From contig OY729416.1 in NCBI GenBank assembly GCA_963422265.1, positions 992,001 to 1,056,000 of the forward strand: a stretch of 64,000 nucleotides of DNA, given 5' to 3'. The notes below the pieces were generated by a model. That model was not told where the DNA came from. It saw only the letters and a list, made by a program, of their open reading frames with translations, and did no database searches. The stretch comes from Thermodesulfobacteriota bacterium (GTDB lineage Bacteria; Desulfobacterota_D; UBA1144; Nemesobacterales; UBA2774). Made by a program: the position numbers and the translations under genes. Below are positions 58,329 to 64,000 of this stretch, piece after piece. The stretch's first letter is position 1. Each line of letters starts with the position of its first letter.

Positions 58329-59504
58329 TTACTCATCCTGATCCTGTTCATACCTCTTAAAGTCGCACCCTACAATATTCATATAGGGAAAGAATAAGAA
58401 TAAACGGTTGCGACGGTTATTAGTCAGCTCTCTGAGAAGGTTTAACCGACAAAGATCATTGAGCATTTTCGCTACGGTTGGCGAAGAAAGATTGAGTTTG
58501 CGTTTTACGTGTGAAGCATTAACGATTGGCGTCTGAAAAAGCTCTTCTAAAAGTCTTAAATTATTACTCGCCCGTCCCCCTGTCCCACTCCTTATTGTTT
58601 CTTCCGTGTTTTCTTTGAGCTTGAGCGATTCTTGCAGAAGGTAAATGCTAAATTTTGCGGTTTTTTCAATACCTTCTAGGAAGAAAAGAAGCCATCCTGC
58701 TAAATTATTTTGTTGTCTGACCGCATCAAGTTTGTCGTAATATACTTGTCTATAAGATTCAAAAAATACGGAAGTGTAGAGTAAAGGCTTACTTAAAATC
58801 TTCTTCTCAACCAGAAAAAGGGGGATAATCATTCGTCCTACCCTTCCATTACCATCCAAAAAAGGATGAATTGTTTCAAATTGATAATGAGCAATACCAA
58901 TGCGGATCAAATCCGGAACCTTGAGCTTATCGTTGTTGAGAAATTTCTCTAAATCCGTCATTAAACCTGGCACTAGATTTTGATGAGGAGGGATAAAATG
59001 AGCCGTCTGTATAGAGCTTCCACCTATCCAATTTTGTGACGTTCGGAATTCTCCCGGTTTTTTCTCTCTGCCACGTCCTTTAGAAAGCAATATCCCGTGT
59101 AATTCTCTCATAAAACGGCTAGAGATAGGCAGTTGTTTTAGTTGTTCTAAACCATGCTTTATTGCTTTATTATACAATTGAACTTCAAGCCAATCATCCC
59201 GTTCTTCTAGGGATATATCTCTTTCTTCTTTGAAAGCGTCTTCAAAGCTTGTTCGCGTTCCTTCTATCTTACTTGAATAAGTAGCTTCCCCGCTGACAAA
59301 ACTAGAAATAAACAAGTCTATATTGGGAACAAGCTTCCCCATAGCGTTGAGTTCTCCAACAAATCGCGAAGATTTCTCAAGTTGCTGAGTCAAGGTTAAA
59401 TTGTCTATCTCTAATTCTTGATTGATGAAACTAGGAGAAAAAAAGTGGTATTTATAAGCTCCTATTTGACTGTAATTGCCGGAAATAAACGCTGATAATT
59501 TCAT
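58329..59504 (-). CDS. Fic family protein with C-terminal HTH
   Basis: SSKIEGT, HPFLDGNGRVGR, RNR.F tail. Confidence 0.93.
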   Translation of the reverse strand: MKLSAFISGNYSQIGAYKYHFFSPSFINQELEIDNLTLTQQLEKSSRFVGELNAMGKLVPNIDLFISSFVSGEATYSSKIEGTRTSFEDAFKEERDISLEERDDWLEVQLYNKAIKHGLEQLKQLPISSRFMRELHGILLSKGRGREKKPGEFRTSQNWIGGSSIQTAHFIPPHQNLVPGLMTDLEKFLNNDKLKVPDLIRIGIAHYQFETIHPFLDGNGRVGRMIIPLFLVEKKILSKPLLYTSVFFESYRQVYYDKLDAVRQQNNLAGWLLFFLEGIEKTAKFSIYLLQESLKLKENTEETIRSGTGGRASNNLRLLEELFQTPIVNASHVKRKLNLSSPTVAKMLNDLCRLNLLRELTNNRRNRLFLFFPYMNIVGCDFKRYEQDQDE

Positions 59505-59612
59505 TATTTTTACTTTAACAAGAAAAAGTTAAATATAAAATTCTTTATTTTACTTTTTTGCACAAAAGTTAAATAAGGAACTGTTTATTTCATCTTTTAG
59601 AGTAAAAATGAA

Positions 59613-61133
59613 TTATAGATTTGACTTTATATTGTTTAAATTCTCCAAAATCCGCCTGTTAAGCTCCGCCTCTTCTTTAAGCTGCCCCTCAAACTCCGCC
59701 TTTAACTCCGCAAACCTCTCGCCAAAATCAAAGTCATCTTCCGTCTCCACCAAGCCCACGTAGCGACCTGGACTCAGCACGTAATCAAGCTCCCGAACCT
59801 TATCTATCGCAACGGAAGCGCAGAAGCCCGGAACGTCCTTGTATCCTCCCCCATCCTTCCGCCACTGATGGTAAGTATCGGCGATTTTCGCAATATCCTC
59901 ATCTGAAAATTCCCTTGTGCGCCTATTGATTAAATGCCCTAGATGCTGAGCGTCAATGAAAAGAATCTCTCCCAACCGATTTCTGTCGCCGTTAAAGCTG
60001 TGTCGCTTGTTGGAAAGAAACCACAGACAAGCCGGTATTTGGGTATTGAGAAATAGCTTCGTTGGCAAGTTGACGATACAATCAACAAGTCCTGCGTCCA
60101 CGAGATTCTTACGAATTACGTCCTCACCAGAAATTTTAGAAGTGAGTGAGCCCTTGGAAAGCACAAAGCCAGCAACCCCTTTTGGCGACAGGTGATGCAC
60201 GAAATGCTGCACCCAAGCGAAGTTTGCGTTTCCAGCCGGGGGCTTGCCATATTTCCATCTCCCGTCGTTTTGTAGCATCTCGCCGCTCCAGTCGCTATCG
60301 TTAAATGGTGGATTGGCGAGAATAAAATCCGCTCTTAGGTCGGGATGAACGTCTTTCAAGAACGATCCCTCGCCGTTCCATTTCACCTGCGAGCCGTCAA
60401 TTCTGCGAATGGCAAGATTCATTCGGCAAAGGCGGTAAGTAGTTTGATTGCTTTCCTGTCCAAAAATGGAAATATCGTTAAGCCGACCTTGGTGTTCACT
60501 TACAAACTTTTCGCTCATTATGAACATTCCACCACTGCCACAGCACGGGTCATACACGCGCCCCTTATACGGCTGGATCATTTCAACAAGCAACTGAACA
60601 ATTGACTTTGGCGTATAAAACTGCCCACCCTTCTTGCCTTCCGCTAAAGCGAATTCGCCCAAGAAGTATTCATAGACCCTGCCGAGAACATCCCTTGATT
60701 TCGCCGCTTCATCACCGAGCGCAATATCGCCAATAAGGTCAATCAACCCGCCAAGCGAATCCTTAGCGAGATTTTGCTTTGCATAAACAATGGGCAAAAT
60801 ACCCTTGAGAGTAAGATTCTCCTTTGCGATCGCATCCATAGCGCCATCTAAGTCCTTACCTATAGTCGGCAGTTTTGAGCGCGAGCGCAAATACGACCAG
60901 CGAGCTTCCTTAGGAACCCAGAATACGTTTTTTGCGGCGTATTCGTCCTTATCTTCTGGATCAGAATATTCATGCTCGCCCTTGCGTTCCTCTAGGCTAG
61001 CGTAAAGCTCTTCAAAAGAATCAGAGATGTATTTGAGGAATATCAAACCCAACACGATGTGCTTGTATTCCGCAGCGTCAACGTTCTTGCGCAGTTTGTC
61101 CGCCGCTTTGAAAAGCTGAGACTCAAAACTCAT
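59613..61133 (-). CDS. hsdM: Type I methyltransferase subunit M
   Basis: [27 protein letters not shown]. Confidence 0.97.
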   Translation of the reverse strand: MSFESQLFKAADKLRKNVDAAEYKHIVLGLIFLKYISDSFEELYASLEERKGEHEYSDPEDKDEYAAKNVFWVPKEARWSYLRSRSKLPTIGKDLDGAMDAIAKENLTLKGILPIVYAKQNLAKDSLGGLIDLIGDIALGDEAAKSRDVLGRVYEYFLGEFALAEGKKGGQFYTPKSIVQLLVEMIQPYKGRVYDPCCGSGGMFIMSEKFVSEHQGRLNDISIFGQESNQTTYRLCRMNLAIRRIDGSQVKWNGEGSFLKDVHPDLRADFILANPPFNDSDWSGEMLQNDGRWKYGKPPAGNANFAWVQHFVHHLSPKGVAGFVLSKGSLTSKISGEDVIRKNLVDAGLVDCIVNLPTKLFLNTQIPACLWFLSNKRHSFNGDRNRLGEILFIDAQHLGHLINRRTREFSDEDIAKIADTYHQWRKDGGGYKDVPGFCASVAIDKVRELDYVLSPGRYVGLVETEDDFDFGERFAELKAEFEGQLKEEAELNRRILENLNNIKSNL

Positions 61134-61243
61134 GGCTACTCCGCCCTAAATTTATGTTATAAAATTTTCTCATAGCTGTTAAGAAGTATCGTTAATTTGG
61201 GGTAAGAAGGGAAGAAATAAGTTCAGGGTGACGGGCGGCGGCG

Positions 61244-62527
61244 TTACGGAGAGATTATGCGCACCCCGTTCATATAGGGAATCAGTACCTCTGGAATTTT
61301 AACCGTTCCATCCTTTTCCTGATAATTTTCTAAAATCGCTATTACCGTCCTCCCAACGGCGAGACCCGAGCCGTTTAGCGTATGGATGAACCTAGGCTTG
61401 CCCCCGCCCTTAGGTCTATACCTTATAGACGCCCTTCTTGCCTGAAAATCCTCAAAGTTGCTACAGGAAGAGATTTCCCTATACGTGTTTTCACTTGGAA
61501 TCCATACCTCTATATCATAAGTCTTAGCAGAAGAAAACCCCATATCACCAGCGCAAAGAAGAACAACGCGGTATGGCAATCCAAGAAGCTCAAGCACGCA
61601 AACGGCATCTTTAGTAAGAGACTCATGCTCGTCATAAGAGACTTCAGGACTAGAGAATTTAACAAGCTCAACTTTGTTGAACTGATGCTGCCTTATAATG
61701 CCCCGAACGTCTTTGCCATAAGAACCAGCCTCACTCCTGAAGCATGGAGTGTAGGCTACGTATTTTACTGGCAGCTCAGCTTCATTTAGAATCTCATCCC
61801 TGTGAATATTAGTTACGGGAACTTCAGCAGTCGGCACGAGGTAAAAGTCCGTTCCCGCAATCTTAAACAGGTCCTCCTCAAACTTGGGCAAATTACCGGT
61901 TCCTATAAAACTCGCTTTATTAGCCATAAACGGCGGGAGAATCTCTGTGTAGCCGTGCTCGCCGACATGTATATCTATCATAAAATTGATAAGAGCCCTC
62001 TCGAGCCTCGCCCCAAGCCCTTTGTAAAGCGCAAATCGCGCCCCTGCTATCTTGGACGCCGTATCAAGGTCAAGAATATCAAGCGCCTTCCCAATCTCGA
62101 CGTGATCCCTAGGCTCAAAGTCAAACCCCCTCTTCTCACCCCACCTCTTCACTTCTACGTTGTCAACGTCCGAGCTTCCGACTGGCACCGTATCGTGCGG
62201 AACGTTAGGAACGGTAAGTAGAAAATCTCTAAACTTTTCTTCAGACCTAGCCCTTTCCTCTCCAAGCTCCTTTATCCTATCTGACAAAACCTTAAGCTCC
62301 GCCTGAAGAGCCTGAGCCTCTTGATTTCTTGCCCCTCTCCTGAGCGCTCCCACCTTTTTTGAGCCAACGTTTCTTTTATGCTCAAGATCTTCTACTTCCT
62401 TAATGATCCGCCTACGCCCCTCGTTCAGTGAGATAACAATATCCAAGTTGACTTGCGCCCCGCGATATTTAAGCCTCTTCTTTACCGTATCAAGATTTTC
62501 TTCTATGAATTTCGCGTCCAGCATCAT
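61244..62527 (-). CDS. serS: Seryl-tRNA synthetase
   Basis: [38 protein letters not shown]. Confidence 0.98.
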   Translation of the reverse strand: MMLDAKFIEENLDTVKKRLKYRGAQVNLDIVISLNEGRRRIIKEVEDLEHKRNVGSKKVGALRRGARNQEAQALQAELKVLSDRIKELGEERARSEEKFRDFLLTVPNVPHDTVPVGSSDVDNVEVKRWGEKRGFDFEPRDHVEIGKALDILDLDTASKIAGARFALYKGLGARLERALINFMIDIHVGEHGYTEILPPFMANKASFIGTGNLPKFEEDLFKIAGTDFYLVPTAEVPVTNIHRDEILNEAELPVKYVAYTPCFRSEAGSYGKDVRGIIRQHQFNKVELVKFSSPEVSYDEHESLTKDAVCVLELLGLPYRVVLLCAGDMGFSSAKTYDIEVWIPSENTYREISSCSNFEDFQARRASIRYRPKGGGKPRFIHTLNGSGLAVGRTVIAILENYQEKDGTVKIPEVLIPYMNGVRIISP

Positions 62528-62657
62528 ATATCCTTTTGTCGAGGAATCTCACCACCTGATCCTCATGTTAAATATATACGCAGATTATAAGAATTAACAC
62601 AGCGTTTAACATGTTGTATGATTAAGTATAGACAGGTAAAATAGCCGTTTTATACTA

Positions 62658-63404
62658 TTGCATTTATCATATAGGAGAGGACAATTGAAAAAATTAGGTA
62701 AAGATATAGACATAACTTATATGGGACATGCCACCTTTATAATTAAATCCGTCGCGGGAAAAATGCTTTTGATAGACCCTTGGGTAGATGGAAACCCATC
62801 CTGCCCGGACGAGCTCAAAAAGATTGAGCATTTAGACTTAGTAGCCGTAACCCACGCTCATTTTGACCACTTAGGGGACGGCGTCCAAATATGCACAGAG
62901 CATCAGCCCAAGATAGTAGGAATAATTGAGACGTGCCAGTGGCTCAACTCCAAGGGCGTTGAAAACACACTTCCAATGAACAAGGGCGGTACTCAAGAAG
63001 TAGAAGGCATTAAGTTTACAATGGTTAACGCAGTCCACAGCGGGGGAATACAGGAAGAGGATGGAACTATAATATATGGCGGCGATCCATCGGGGCTCGT
63101 AATAGAGTTTGAGAATGGATTTAAGGTATATCACGCTGGGGATACGGCAGTCTTCGGAGATATGAAGCTAATCGCCGACATCTATAAACCCGAACTCGCA
63201 ATCCTGCCCATCGGAGATTTATTCACTATGTCGCCCCTTGAGGCAGCTTATGCTTGTAAGCTCTTATTGCCCAAATACGTGATACCTATGCATTACGGAA
63301 CCTTCCCGGGTCTAACAGGAACCCCGTCAAGATTTAGAGAGCTCGCCGAGGGTATTGACGGACTAGAAATTATAGAGATGAACCCGGGTGAAACGCTAAC
63401 CTAA
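62658..63404 (+). CDS. Metal-dependent hydrolase (UPF0173, beta-lactamase fold)
   Basis: GHA, IDPW, THAHFDH, YHAGDT, PMHY. Real start is probably TTG near 62685, after GAGAGG. Confidence 0.9.
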   Translation: MHLSYRRGQLKKLGKDIDITYMGHATFIIKSVAGKMLLIDPWVDGNPSCPDELKKIEHLDLVAVTHAHFDHLGDGVQICTEHQPKIVGIIETCQWLNSKGVENTLPMNKGGTQEVEGIKFTMVNAVHSGGIQEEDGTIIYGGDPSGLVIEFENGFKVYHAGDTAVFGDMKLIADIYKPELAILPIGDLFTMSPLEAAYACKLLLPKYVIPMHYGTFPGLTGTPSRFRELAEGIDGLEIIEMNPGETLT

Positions 63405-63427
63405 GACGCATATAGCCAAGCAAAACC

Positions 63428-64000
63428 ATGTTTGAAGGAATATCGGAAAAACTCAACGTTACCTTAAAGAAGGTCAGGGGCTACGGCAAGCTTAGTGAAA
63501 AGAATATTCAGGAGACCTTAAAAGAGGTGCGCCTTAGCCTACTTGAGGCTGACGTTAACTTTAAGGTCGTAAGAGAATTCGTTAGCTCGGTAAAAGACCG
63601 CTCTTTGGGGCAAGAGGTAATGCAGAGCCTCACGCCGGGACAGCAATTCGTTAAAATCGTGCACGAGGAGCTTATTAAGGTCTTAGGAAACGAGAACTCG
63701 GAACTTGATCTAAGAACCACACCCCCAGTCGGGATAATGCTAGTGGGGCTTCAAGGTTCTGGTAAGACCACAACCGCATCGAAACTCGCAAAACATCTAA
63801 AAGAGAAATTGGGTAGAAATCCTTATCTCGTCCCGGCTGACGTTTATAGGCCGGCAGCCGTAGAACAGTTAAAGATTCTTTCAAGACAGGTTGGGGTTGA
63901 CGTCTTTGACACGCACCCGGGATCAAAGCCTGCTGATATTTGTTCGGAGGCTATGGAATTGGCGCGCCGGAGCGCCTATGACGTTGTGATCTTTGACACC
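63428..64000 (+). CDS. ffh: Signal recognition particle protein (partial, runs off the window)
   Basis: MFEGISEKL...LLEADVNFKVV...LTPGQQF..IV.EEL...GLQGSGKTT..KLA...DVYRPAA. Confidence 0.95.
   Translation, partial: MFEGISEKLNVTLKKVRGYGKLSEKNIQETLKEVRLSLLEADVNFKVVREFVSSVKDRSLGQEVMQSLTPGQQFVKIVHEELIKVLGNENSELDLRTTPPVGIMLVGLQGSGKTTTASKLAKHLKEKLGRNPYLVPADVYRPAAVEQLKILSRQVGVDVFDTHPGSKPADICSEAMELARRSAYDVVIFDT

Overview
Bacterial chromosome segment. Gene content and the giant repeat autotransporter suggest a marine, host-associated lineage such as Dadabacteria, but this is inference only. A housekeeping core (about 7.4-34.5 kb: gatB, gatC, gatA, carA, nfi, gshB, rsmI, tRNA-Ser, rpsB-tsf-pyrH-frr, surE, glucosyl/mannosyl-phosphoglycerate genes, purM, miaB, tRNA-Pro) lies between two defence regions; serS and ffh close the right end. 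Left (1-7.3 kb): a type III-like Mod methyltransferase is split by a G22 tract. It contains a complete four-helix-bundle gene nested in another frame between inverted heptamer repeats, and the Mod frame stays open across it. Right (34.5-61.2 kb, between tRNA-Pro and serS): a type I R-M locus whose hsdS and hsdR are about 16.6 kb apart. The gap is a stack of defence-type genes (PIN, Abi/DRT-like RT, DUF6978-like/DUF1828, DUF6338, Fic, ATPase/DUF4276) punctuated by five extra, diverged copies of the hsdS 3' end, like a cassette array with no integrase in the window. HsdS is fused to a nucleotidyltransferase antitoxin-like domain downstream of a HEPN gene. A roughly 7.9 kb insert carrying a poly-C-interrupted giant adhesin and a scrambled cytochrome c gene splits the PIN cassette.
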